Shown here: one piece after another, positions 1 through 8,378 of the stretch
Numbering within the stretch: the stretch's first letter is position 1
Layout: every line of letters starts with the position of its first letter
Origin: Candidatus Binatia bacterium
GTDB lineage: Bacteria; Desulfobacterota; Binatia; UBA12015
Direction of reading: 5' to 3'
DNA length: 64,000 bases
NCBI GenBank assembly: GCA_965658895.1
Contig: CBFHUR010000006.1
Location: 50,131-114,130, forward strand
Made by a program: the position numbers and the translations under genes
The notes under the pieces: model-generated
The model's database searches: none
Told to the model about the DNA's origin: nothing
What the model saw: the letters and a program-made list of their open reading frames with translations, nothing else

Positions 1-227
1 TATATGGGAGACGTGAAAATCGGTCGTTCGATCAAACTCGGCGATCAATTCGCGCGTGGGGCTGCCGGAGCCATCGTCCGCAAAGATGACTTCCTCGATC
101 CCCGCGGACTGTCGAAGAAGCGCTCGCTGCACCAGTTCGAGTGCCCTGGGCCTCTCGTGCGTCGTTATGATGATGGAGCATTTCATGGGGAGCCTTGCCG
201 ACGAGTTTCGAGCCTGCGGCGCCGGAA

Positions 228-1139
228 TCAGTCTCTCAGGAGTTCGGGCATCCGGGAGGCAATCATCCGTCGGATGCCATCCCTCCAGGGAACCTGAGTT
301 TCTCCCAGCAATTCCCGCATGCGCGTCAGGTCGGGCACGACGCTCTCGATGGTCTCGGTCGTGGGGTGGAACTGAGGTTCGAGTCCGGTGAGCTCACCCA
401 TATAGGCACACCATTGTTCGATACTTGTGGTCTCGGTGCCCGCCCAGTTGATGACATTCGCCGGAGTGCTGGCGATGTCGAGAAGTCCCGGTACCATTCG
501 AACGATATCGTCTTCATGGATCAAGTTGTAGGAACTGGGGGCATCCGTGTGGACCGGGATCGCCTGTTCTGCCTGCATCATCAGCAAATGGAAGAACGGC
601 CACCCACCCTCGTCTCCAAACGGCACATTCAGCCTGGCGATTGTGGTCGGCAGGTTCCATTCCTCGGCTCCGAACCGGGCCATCGCTTCCCCGGCGATTT
701 TCGTGATGCTGTAGGTGGGCAACATGCGAGCGTGATTGTCGCCCAGGAAGTCACCTTCCGCGAGAGCTTCATGGCCGCGTGGTTGGTACACCCCGGTTGT
801 CGAGCAGCAGAGGAAGGCACGGGCATTGCGGCATCGGGACATCAAATGCCCGACACCCACGGCGTTGGCGTTCAGATCCGCTTCGAAGTCCGCACTCTTG
901 GCAACAGCGAAATGAAGGACATAGTCGACGGCATCGGGAATCTGGTCGACATCTCCGCAAGCGAGATCCGCCCGCACGCACTCCACGCCCATGTCCTCGA
1001 GGCGGGCGCGATCCTTGGGGTTTGTAAAGCGCGCCGCGCCCACGACATGATTCTCGCGGGCAAGCGCCCGGGCTACGGGCAGCCCGACCTGACTGGCCGG
1101 GCCGGTGATGACGATTCGGGCTCCCTTGATCTCCTTCAA
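228..1139 (-). CDS. NAD(P)-dependent epimerase/dehydratase (SDR, Rossmann fold) family protein
   Basis: The N-terminal 'IVITGPASQVG' matches a Rossmann GxxGxxG-like motif and the length fits. The ORF ends 4 nt downstream of the thiolase gene stop on the same strand. Confidence 0.6.
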   Translation of the reverse strand: MKEIKGARIVITGPASQVGLPVARALARENHVVGAARFTNPKDRARLEDMGVECVRADLACGDVDQIPDAVDYVLHFAVAKSADFEADLNANAVGVGHLMSRCRNARAFLCCSTTGVYQPRGHEALAEGDFLGDNHARMLPTYSITKIAGEAMARFGAEEWNLPTTIARLNVPFGDEGGWPFFHLLMMQAEQAIPVHTDAPSSYNLIHEDDIVRMVPGLLDIASTPANVINWAGTETTSIEQWCAYMGELTGLEPQFHPTTETIESVVPDLTRMRELLGETQVPWRDGIRRMIASRMPELLRD

Positions 1140-1142
1140 CAG

Positions 1143-2315
1143 TCAGACTCGTTGCAGCAAGGTCGCATTGGCGAGTCCGCCACCTTCGCACATGGATTGC
1201 AGCCCGAATTCGTGCTCGCCCCGTTCCATCTCATGAAGCAGGGTGGTCATCAATTTGGCGCCTGTGCACCCGAGCGGGTGCCCCAGAGCGATCGCGCCGC
1301 CGTTCGGGTTCAACCTTGCGGTATCGGCCTCGAGGGCACGGGCCCAGGACATCGGGACCGAAGCGAAAGCTTCGTTGATCTCGTAGGTGCCGATATCCGA
1401 GAGGCTCATCCCGGTCTTGTCGAGCAATTTTTGGGTCGCCGGGATGGGGGCCCCGAGCATGACGACAGGGTCTTCGGCCGCGAGCGTCATGGTGTGGATT
1501 CGGGCGCGGGCTGTGGCGCCGCATTTGCGCAATCCCTCTTCATTGACGATCAGAATGGCCGCCGCGCCGTCGGAAATCTGACTGGATGTTCCTGCGGTCA
1601 GGAGTTCCTTGTCGCTGAGAGGCCGCAGACCGGCCAGCACATCGGTTGTCGTATCCGCGCGAATGCCCTCGTCGGTTGCAAATTTCTCGGTCCCGCCATC
1701 TTCGGTCTGGACCTCGACGGGAACGATCTCGCGCACGAAATGTCCTTGCTTGGTGGCGGATGCGGCCCGCCGGTGGCTCTCGGCACCGAAGGCATCCAGG
1801 GATGCCCGATCGAGGCCCCACTTTTCAGCCAGGAGCTCGGCGCCATCAAACTGGCTGAACTTGATTCCCGGATAGCGTTTCTTCATGCCTTCGCCGTACG
1901 GCACACCAAAGCCGGCCTTGTAGCCGGCGATCGCATTGCCTCCCAGCGGTACCTGGCTCATGACCTCGACGCCCGCGGCGATGACGACATCGTGAACCCC
2001 CGACATTACGGCTTGTGCGGCGAAATGAACCGCCTGTTGAGAGGAGCCGCATTGACGGTCGACAGTTGTCCCGGGGACCGATTCCGGAAGGCCGCCTGCG
2101 AGAATCGCGTTCCTGGCAATATTGGCGCTCTGCGCACCTACTTGATCGACACATCCGAAAATGACGTCATCGATGATTTCGGCATCGATGCCAGTTCGTT
2201 CCACGACCTCGGCGAGAACCTTGCCGCCCAGATCGATTGGATGCCACGCCGCCAGTTTACCGCGCCGTTTGCCCGCTGCGGTGCGAACGGCTCCCACAAT
2301 ATACGCTTCGCCCAT
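1143..2315 (-). CDS. acetyl-CoA C-acetyltransferase (thiolase II)
   Basis: 390 aa with thiolase hallmark motifs: 'QCGSSQQAV' (active-site Cys region), 'NPNGGAIALGHPLGCTGAKL' and 'CEGGGLANATLL'. Confidence 0.9.
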   Translation of the reverse strand: MGEAYIVGAVRTAAGKRRGKLAAWHPIDLGGKVLAEVVERTGIDAEIIDDVIFGCVDQVGAQSANIARNAILAGGLPESVPGTTVDRQCGSSQQAVHFAAQAVMSGVHDVVIAAGVEVMSQVPLGGNAIAGYKAGFGVPYGEGMKKRYPGIKFSQFDGAELLAEKWGLDRASLDAFGAESHRRAASATKQGHFVREIVPVEVQTEDGGTEKFATDEGIRADTTTDVLAGLRPLSDKELLTAGTSSQISDGAAAILIVNEEGLRKCGATARARIHTMTLAAEDPVVMLGAPIPATQKLLDKTGMSLSDIGTYEINEAFASVPMSWARALEADTARLNPNGGAIALGHPLGCTGAKLMTTLLHEMERGEHEFGLQSMCEGGGLANATLLQRV

Positions 2316-2455
2316 CGATACATTCCTCCGTTGGGGGGAGTTTGGCCTTCCAGATTGTCCGGTGCAAGCAAATCAGGGCAGTTCCCGCAGATGGGTGGCT
2401 GCTGTTTGAAAATCCTCGGTTTTACCGAGGTCGCCTTCCGGGATAGAAGCTCTGG

Positions 2456-3646
2456 ATGCCTATCTCGGAGCAGGATTTGCTGGCGGAAAGCGCCTGGCGT
2501 CAAATCGGAAGCCGATTGGCGGATATGGAAACGCTGGTTCTGGCGGCAGATGTTCCTGCCTCGCCTCGCGATCGGGCCGAGGGTTGGCGTTATCTTTTGC
2601 GTTTTGTGGCCGCCTCGATCCGGGCGACGATCGTGGCCGGCGACCCTGATTATCCAGAATTCGGTCGCTTGATCGAGCGAGGGTTGGCCTGGGGCCTGGA
2701 TAACCCGGATTGCAACTATTCCATGACTCGGGTGCGCGGTGATGCAGCCTATCGAGTGGCGGGGTATGCCGGGACGGCCCGGCATTTCGAATATCAGGTG
2801 AATACGGGGCATTTCGGCGACGGCAATGTGGGCGGTTGGGAGACGGTCTCCTCGGTGCACAAGCGCGAACTGGAAGTTGACGCGGACGGCCATTTCGAGC
2901 TCCTTCTCTCGGCCGAGGCCCAGCCGGGGAATTGGATGCCCCTCAATGAGAAAGCTTCCTTCCTGTTCCTGAGGCAGTATTTTTCGGCCTGGGAGAACGA
3001 GTCGCCGGCTCGGGTGTTCGTCGAGCGAGTCGGCGCCGACTATCCGGAGCCGGAATTGACGCCGGCGCGCCTGGCGCCTCGAATCGAGGAACTGCTCGAC
3101 TGGCTCTCCAAGGGGCTTCGCGGATGGGAATCCATGAGTCGATTGATTCTGGCCACCGAGCCGAATGCGGTGACCTTGACCGAGCCGATGGAGGGCAATG
3201 CCGGCCTGCGCGGGCAGGCTTACGGACTGGGACATTTCTATTGCGAGCCCGACCAGGCCGTGATCATCGAGTTTCGGCCACCGGATTCCTGTATGTGGGG
3301 CGTGCAGCTCTGCGGTTGGTTCTGGGATAGTCTGGACTTCGCGACGCGACAATCCTCGCTGAACGACTCCCAAGCGGTGCTCGACGCCGACGGGGTCTTC
3401 CGCGGAGTCATCGCCCACGAGGACCCCGGCGTACCAAATTGGTTGGATCCGGTAGGTCGCAGCGAGGGCTCGCTGGGTGTTCGCTACCTGTTTCCCGACC
3501 AGGTGCCGCAGCCGAGCTTCCGCGTGGTTCCGGCCGACCAGATTCGCGCGGAGCTCCCGGCGGAGACACCCCAAGTGGATGCTGTGGCGCGCCGGAAAAT
3601 TCTGGAGAGACGTCGGCGCTCGGTGCAATTGCGCTACGGTTACTGA
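2456..3646 (+). CDS. DUF1214/DUF1254-like hypothetical protein
   Basis: 396-aa ORF with protein-like composition and no homopolymeric Arg/Pro runs, whereas the antisense ORF 2138..3628 is Arg-rich junk. The family assignment rests on recalled motif similarity only. Confidence 0.45.
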   Translation: MPISEQDLLAESAWRQIGSRLADMETLVLAADVPASPRDRAEGWRYLLRFVAASIRATIVAGDPDYPEFGRLIERGLAWGLDNPDCNYSMTRVRGDAAYRVAGYAGTARHFEYQVNTGHFGDGNVGGWETVSSVHKRELEVDADGHFELLLSAEAQPGNWMPLNEKASFLFLRQYFSAWENESPARVFVERVGADYPEPELTPARLAPRIEELLDWLSKGLRGWESMSRLILATEPNAVTLTEPMEGNAGLRGQAYGLGHFYCEPDQAVIIEFRPPDSCMWGVQLCGWFWDSLDFATRQSSLNDSQAVLDADGVFRGVIAHEDPGVPNWLDPVGRSEGSLGVRYLFPDQVPQPSFRVVPADQIRAELPAETPQVDAVARRKILERRRRSVQLRYGY

Positions 3647-5133
3647 ATGGGTGCGAGGCCTCTGGCCTCACGCCAGCGAGCATATTTATAAAGATGCTCG
3701 AGTGCTGTCACCGCACGCCAGGATGACGGGTAGGCCAATACGCCGCGCTCGATCATGCCGGCGGCGGCCGGGTTTTCGGTTTGGCAGTCGACCAATTCAG
3801 TCGCCATCAGAATGGGTTTCCCGAACTCCTCCTCGCAATCGACGGCCAGCTTGGCGTAGCGGGCGTCTTGCCGAAAATGGAAGTCGACAATTCTCTCCAG
3901 TCCGTAATCGGGATAGAAGCGTCCGTTTTTTTCCATGAGCCCGAGATTGGATTGAATTCCGGCGCCCAGAAAAATGATGGAATCGACCTCGGGGTGGCCG
4001 GCCACCAGCCGCATGCACTCCGCGACCGTATCGCGCGTCTCGGAGCCGGCGAGGTCGGCTGGATTATTTCGACTCCATCGCGGGGGCAGTCGTTCATCGA
4101 AAGCCTCGCGAAGATCCTGAGGGATGGGCATGAGTTCGAGGTCCCGTGACTCGGTAAGCCGGTCGGCGGTGACAACGCCCCAGCCTCCGGCGGTCGTGAG
4201 GACAAAGACGTTCGGTCCCTTGGGGAGCGGGTGTGTGGCAAAGCTCGCCGCGGCTTCGAAGGCTTCCTCAAGCGAGTGTGTGCGTGTGATACCGGCTTGT
4301 TGGCACATGCCGTCGAAGACACGATCGTCGCTGGCAAGGGCCCCGGTATGCGACGCCGCTGCGCGTTGCCCCCCACTGGTGGCTCCGCCCTTGAGGACGA
4401 CCAATGGTTTTTGCCGGGACATCGTCCCGGCTTTGTCGAAAAACTTCCTTCCGTCTTCGATGCCCTCGACGTAGCTCAGTCCGACGCGGGTCTCCGGGTC
4501 GGCACCGAAAAATTCCAGAAAGTCCTCGAGCCCCAGGTGGGCGCAGTTGCCGGCCGAGATGGCTCGACTGACGCCGACTCCTGTTTTATGGGCATAGTTT
4601 TGCAAAGATTGGATAAAGCCACCGGATTGGCTGGCCAGACCGATATGGCCGCGCGGCGGGTAGGGGGCGATGATCTGGGCGCACAGGTCGCTGGGTGTGG
4701 AGATGATGCCCTGACCATTTGGCCCCGCCACCAGAAGGCCCAGCTCGTCTGCGAGGCTCGCCAGCTCGGCTTCGAGTTTTTTGCCCTCTTCGCCGAGTTC
4801 TCCAAAGCCGGCTGCCGCGATGAAGGCGGCCCGGATTCCTTTTTGCGCGGAGATGCGCAGCATTTCAGGGATGGTGCGTGGGGGTGTGCAGATGAAGATC
4901 AGATCCGCCTGACCCTCCGGGAGATCCTCTAGCGAAGAGAGGGCGGGGCGCCCGAGGACCTCGATCCCCTCGCGGTTCATGAAGAAGACATTTCCCTTGT
5001 ATCCCTCGCTCAGCACATTGTGGGCGGCCACGAAGCCGAATTTCCCGGGATGGTTCGAGGCGCCGGCAATAACGATGCCCTTGGGGTCAAACAGTGGCTG
5101 GAAGCGATCCTGTAAATTCTTGTTGGCGGTCAT
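3640..5133 (-). CDS. ADP-forming acetyl-CoA synthetase (acetate--CoA ligase [ADP-forming]) alpha subunit, CoA-binding/succinyl-CoA-synthetase-like
   Basis: N-terminal 'KGIVIAGASNHPGKFG' CoA-binding Rossmann motif and 'GQGIIST' ligase-CoA domain. It overlaps the beta-subunit gene by 4 nt. Confidence 0.8.
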   Translation of the reverse strand: MTANKNLQDRFQPLFDPKGIVIAGASNHPGKFGFVAAHNVLSEGYKGNVFFMNREGIEVLGRPALSSLEDLPEGQADLIFICTPPRTIPEMLRISAQKGIRAAFIAAAGFGELGEEGKKLEAELASLADELGLLVAGPNGQGIISTPSDLCAQIIAPYPPRGHIGLASQSGGFIQSLQNYAHKTGVGVSRAISAGNCAHLGLEDFLEFFGADPETRVGLSYVEGIEDGRKFFDKAGTMSRQKPLVVLKGGATSGGQRAAASHTGALASDDRVFDGMCQQAGITRTHSLEEAFEAAASFATHPLPKGPNVFVLTTAGGWGVVTADRLTESRDLELMPIPQDLREAFDERLPPRWSRNNPADLAGSETRDTVAECMRLVAGHPEVDSIIFLGAGIQSNLGLMEKNGRFYPDYGLERIVDFHFRQDARYAKLAVDCEEEFGKPILMATELVDCQTENPAAAGMIERGVLAYPSSWRAVTALEHLYKYARWREARGLAPIQ

Positions 5134-5798
5134 GATTTCACCTCGACCAGAGCATCTACAGCCACCGGGCTGCCTTCGGAAATGATCAACGGGTTGATAT
5201 CGATCGATACGATTTCTTCGGACTCGTCGGCGATTCGGGAAAGTCCTTGGAGAATGGCAATGAGTTGTTTCCGATCGACAGCCGGTTCGCCGCGGAATTC
5301 ACCAAACCAGCTCTGGTGCTCGAGGTCGTCGATCATGTCGGCCGCATCCTGCGGCGAAAGCGGTACGAGCCGGAAGGTCACGTCGGCAAGCGCTTCGGCA
5401 AAGATGCCGCCGATCCCGAGCATGACGCATTTCCCGAAAGTGGGATCCACCAGCATGCCGGCGATGAGTTCTCGTGCCCCGCTGACCATCGGGGCCACCA
5501 GAACGCCGCGCGCGCCGTCTTCGGGCCGCGCATTGGCGAGCAGCGTTTCTGTGGCCTCGGTCACGGCCTGGGCATCCCCAAGATTGAGGCGCACCAGACC
5601 GCGTTCGGTTTTATGTGCAATCGCGTCGCCGCATAGCTTTGCGACGACGGGGAAGCCGAAGCGTTCAGCCGCGGCAACCGCCTCTGATGCCGACTGGACA
5701 AGGCTTTCGGGTCCCATGGGGACTCCGGCCTCGGAAAGCCGCTGTTTGGAATCGAATTCGGAGAGCGTTCGGGTTTGCGAGCCGGACGAAGAAGTCAT
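5130..5798 (-). CDS. ADP-forming acetyl-CoA synthetase beta subunit (ATP-grasp domain)
   Basis: 222 aa with 'GFPVVAKL...ISEGSPVAVDALVEV', typical of the ACD beta/ATP-grasp subunit, and translationally coupled to the alpha subunit. Confidence 0.75.
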   Translation of the reverse strand: MTSSSGSQTRTLSEFDSKQRLSEAGVPMGPESLVQSASEAVAAAERFGFPVVAKLCGDAIAHKTERGLVRLNLGDAQAVTEATETLLANARPEDGARGVLVAPMVSGARELIAGMLVDPTFGKCVMLGIGGIFAEALADVTFRLVPLSPQDAADMIDDLEHQSWFGEFRGEPAVDRKQLIAILQGLSRIADESEEIVSIDINPLIISEGSPVAVDALVEVKS

Positions 5799-5829
5799 GC
5801 TGCAAATCTAGCCATTTGGGCCGCTGAAT

Positions 5830-6363
5830 TCACGCCCACAGGTTCGAGAGGACCTGGACCGTCAGGAGAGTCCAGATGATCACCCCGAGGATGGTCTTGC
5901 CGAGACTGCCGGCCACGCGGCCGACCGCTGCCCCTGTAGCTGCCTTGAGCGAGGCCCCTGGTGCTCGTCCGTCAGGTCCCGTGAGCTCCCCCACCAGGGC
6001 GCCGAGAAAGGCCCCGGCGGCGGCTCCCACAAGCGTTCCGACGATGGGAATCGGAAGCAGCCCGGTCAGCAGCACGCCGCCGACAAGACCACCGATGATC
6101 GCCCCCCACATGCCCCGCCGAGAGCCCCCTCCGGCACTCAATCCGGCAACAGAGGCCCATGTTTCCAAGGCCTCTCCGGCGATCGCGATCACCAAGGCGG
6201 CACCGAGGAACCCCCAACCGATGCTTCCCGTGCTGAGGAAGTGCATCCCGAGCGCGAGGGCCAGGAGAATCCAGTTTCCGGGCAATCCGAGGAGTCCCAG
6301 AATCAGGCAGACGACTCCGAGGAGCGAAAAAGCGATCGCGAGCAGGACTTGCAGTGCCTCCAT
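5830..6363 (-). CDS. DUF456 family membrane protein
   Basis: Gly/Ala/Leu-rich multi-TM protein with 'LLGLPGNWILLALAL'. I chose the start at the internal Met (MEALQVLL), confirmed by CAT at 6361-6363. The track ORF extends to 6450. Confidence 0.55.
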   Translation of the reverse strand: MEALQVLLAIAFSLLGVVCLILGLLGLPGNWILLALALGMHFLSTGSIGWGFLGAALVIAIAGEALETWASVAGLSAGGGSRRGMWGAIIGGLVGGVLLTGLLPIPIVGTLVGAAAGAFLGALVGELTGPDGRAPGASLKAATGAAVGRVAGSLGKTILGVIIWTLLTVQVLSNLWA

Positions 6364-6495
6364 GAGCGCGTTGTTCCGGGAAAAAGCTCCGGAAGCAACT
6401 GGAATCGTGGGGACTTTCGAGAGTGCTTGCAACGAGATTGGATATCTCATAAAACCGAATCAGATTCTCTTTTTGATCCAAGAGACCCGAAAAAC

Positions 6496-7212
6496 ATGGA
6501 GAAAACCCAAAAAACAAGGCCTTTGTCCTCGGTGGCGGCAACCAAGCAGGTGCGGAGCGAGCGCACGTTGATGCGTTTGCTCGATGCGGCCGAAGAGTTG
6601 CTCGAGGAAAAAGGTCTCGGTGCATTGTCGATCCCCGAGATCGTCCGGCGAGCTGGCTCGTCGGTGGGCGGTTTTTACGGGCGTTTCCGGGACAAGAACG
6701 AACTCCTGCGGGCCCTCGAAGAGCGTCAATTTCGCGAACTCGAGACGCGCGTCGATCAGTTGGTGGACTCGCGGCGCTGGTCGGGGGCGTCTGCGTCCGC
6801 AATTGTGACGGCGGCAACCAGCGAGTTGGTCTCGGTTGTACGCGAACGCAAGGCGGTGCTGGCCGCTTTTCTCTGGCGAGCGGCTCAGGACTCGGAAGTC
6901 CTCGAGGAGGGCCTTGCGTTCCGTGAGCAGGCAACCGTGCGGGTTCGAGAGCTGCTGCTCTCCGAATGTCGCGATGAGTTCACGCATGCGGATCCCGAAC
7001 TGGCGATCGACCTGGCTGTCCAGGCCGCATTCGCCTTCATGCAGCAACATATCGTCGTGGGCGAGACCCGGAGCGGCGATCGAGTTCTCTCGGACGAAGA
7101 ATTGGCTCAGGAATTGGCGCGCATGGTTTGCGCTTATGTTGGTTTCAGCAACCTGCCCGATGAGGCGACATCCCGTAGCTCGGCGCAGGAACGTTTAGGA
7201 GTGGCGAAATGA
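6496..7212 (+). CDS. TetR/AcrR family transcriptional regulator
   Basis: N-terminal HTH 'LSIPEIVRRAGSSVGGFYGRFRDKNELL'. I chose the start at MEKTQKT, with ATG at 6496. The upstream part of the track ORF is antisense to the DUF456 gene. Confidence 0.8.
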   Translation: MEKTQKTRPLSSVAATKQVRSERTLMRLLDAAEELLEEKGLGALSIPEIVRRAGSSVGGFYGRFRDKNELLRALEERQFRELETRVDQLVDSRRWSGASASAIVTAATSELVSVVRERKAVLAAFLWRAAQDSEVLEEGLAFREQATVRVRELLLSECRDEFTHADPELAIDLAVQAAFAFMQQHIVVGETRSGDRVLSDEELAQELARMVCAYVGFSNLPDEATSRSSAQERLGVAK

Positions 7213-8321
7213 ATTTCAAGCAAAAGTATCCATTACCCTTGCCGGAAAGAGGCGAGTTCGCCTCGATCAAATCGACCATGGAGACGGTCTTTGATTGGCA
7301 ATACGCGATGCGCAAGCAGAACCTTCTCAATCTCTACGAGAAGGGAAAGAATCTGAACTGGAATGCCTCGGACCTGGACTGGAGCATCGACGTCGATATG
7401 GACCGCATGATGCGCGAGCGCATTGACGGCGGCTTCACCGAGATGACCAACCAGCTGATGCAGCCACCGAAGCCGTTCACGGATGAAACCGCCATGCTGT
7501 TCATGCAACACCAGCAGGCGTTCATGCTCTCGCAGTTCCTGCACGGGGAGCAGGGGGCGTTGCTCGCGACGGCCAAGATTGTCCAGACAGTCCCGAGTGC
7601 CGAGGCCAAATTCTATGCGGCCAACCAGGTTGCCGATGAGGCACGTCACGTCGAGGTCTACCATCGCTATCTGACCGAGAAGTTTGGCCTTTCCTATGAG
7701 ATTCTACCGAGTCTCGAAACGCTTCTGGATGATATTATCCTCGATCCGCGTTGGGACCTTACCTTCCTCGGCATGCAGATCATGGTGGAGGGCGTCGCCC
7801 TGGCAGCTTTCTCGCTCGTTCGGATGCAACTGCCGGACGAACCGCTGATTCAGGACTTGATCACGCGCGTCATGCAGGATGAGTCCCGCCATGTGGCTTT
7901 CGGCGTGATTTCCCTCGAGGAGATTTATTCCGGCGGTCTGACCTCTACTGAAATGCGCGAGCGCGAGGACTTCGTGATTGAATCAGCGCACCTCTTGCGG
8001 GAAAGATTCCTTCTCACCCCGATGTTTGATCGTCTGGGCTGGGACAGCAAGGTCTGGACGGATTGGGCGATCAATACGCCGTTCCAAAAGGGCTTCCGGC
8101 AGATGACTTTTGCCAAGATCGTGCCGAACCTGAAGCGCCTGGGGTTGCTGACGCCCCGGGTTCGCGACGCTTTCGAAAAGATGGACTTGCTTCGTTTCGA
8201 GGATCTGAAGGATTCCGTCGAAGAGCCGGAAGCGCCACCGCCCACCGAATTGGTGGAAATGTTGAGTACCTACCTCCAGCAGTTGGATCCGGCAGCCGCG
8301 GAGACCAGCGCCGCGGGCTGA
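7209..8321 (+). CDS. ferritin-like diiron-carboxylate protein (AurF/CADD-like putative oxygenase)
   Basis: 370 aa with two E...ExxH motifs ('DEARHVEVYH' and 'DESRHVAFG'), typical of diiron four-helix-bundle oxygenases. Its ATG overlaps the TetR stop (ATGA). Confidence 0.6.
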   Translation: MNFKQKYPLPLPERGEFASIKSTMETVFDWQYAMRKQNLLNLYEKGKNLNWNASDLDWSIDVDMDRMMRERIDGGFTEMTNQLMQPPKPFTDETAMLFMQHQQAFMLSQFLHGEQGALLATAKIVQTVPSAEAKFYAANQVADEARHVEVYHRYLTEKFGLSYEILPSLETLLDDIILDPRWDLTFLGMQIMVEGVALAAFSLVRMQLPDEPLIQDLITRVMQDESRHVAFGVISLEEIYSGGLTSTEMREREDFVIESAHLLRERFLLTPMFDRLGWDSKVWTDWAINTPFQKGFRQMTFAKIVPNLKRLGLLTPRVRDAFEKMDLLRFEDLKDSVEEPEAPPPTELVEMLSTYLQQLDPAAAETSAAG

Positions 8322-8340
8322 TGTCGTCGGTAGCGCCATG

Positions 8341-8378
8341 AAAAAAGGGTCGACCCGGTGCGGGTCGACCCTTTTTTT
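8341..8378. terminator. bidirectional rho-independent terminator (perfect 10-bp palindromic stem)
   Basis: aaaaaa-GGGTCGACCC-ggtgc-GGGTCGACCC-ttttttt: a self-complementary stem with a 5-nt loop, flanked by an A-run and a T-run. It sits between the convergent genes ending at 8321 (+) and 8379 (-). Confidence 0.7.

Noticed and set aside
4-297. 97-aa ORF at window start
   Set aside because: It overlaps the 3' end of the SDR gene and has no motif support. It is possibly a fragment of an upstream gene but unsupported.
195-2672. 825-aa ORF on the + strand spanning the SDR and thiolase loci
   Set aside because: It is antisense to two well-supported genes, Arg/Gly/Pro-rich and low-complexity, with no recognisable motifs. 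This is the typical long spurious ORF of high-GC DNA.
2138-3628. 496-aa minus-strand ORF
   Set aside because: It is antisense to the better-supported 2456..3646 ORF, and its composition is dominated by R/P/G runs.
5972-6934. 320-aa ORF antisense to TetR/DUF456 region
   Set aside because: The sequence is Arg/Pro-rich and lies inside better-supported genes.
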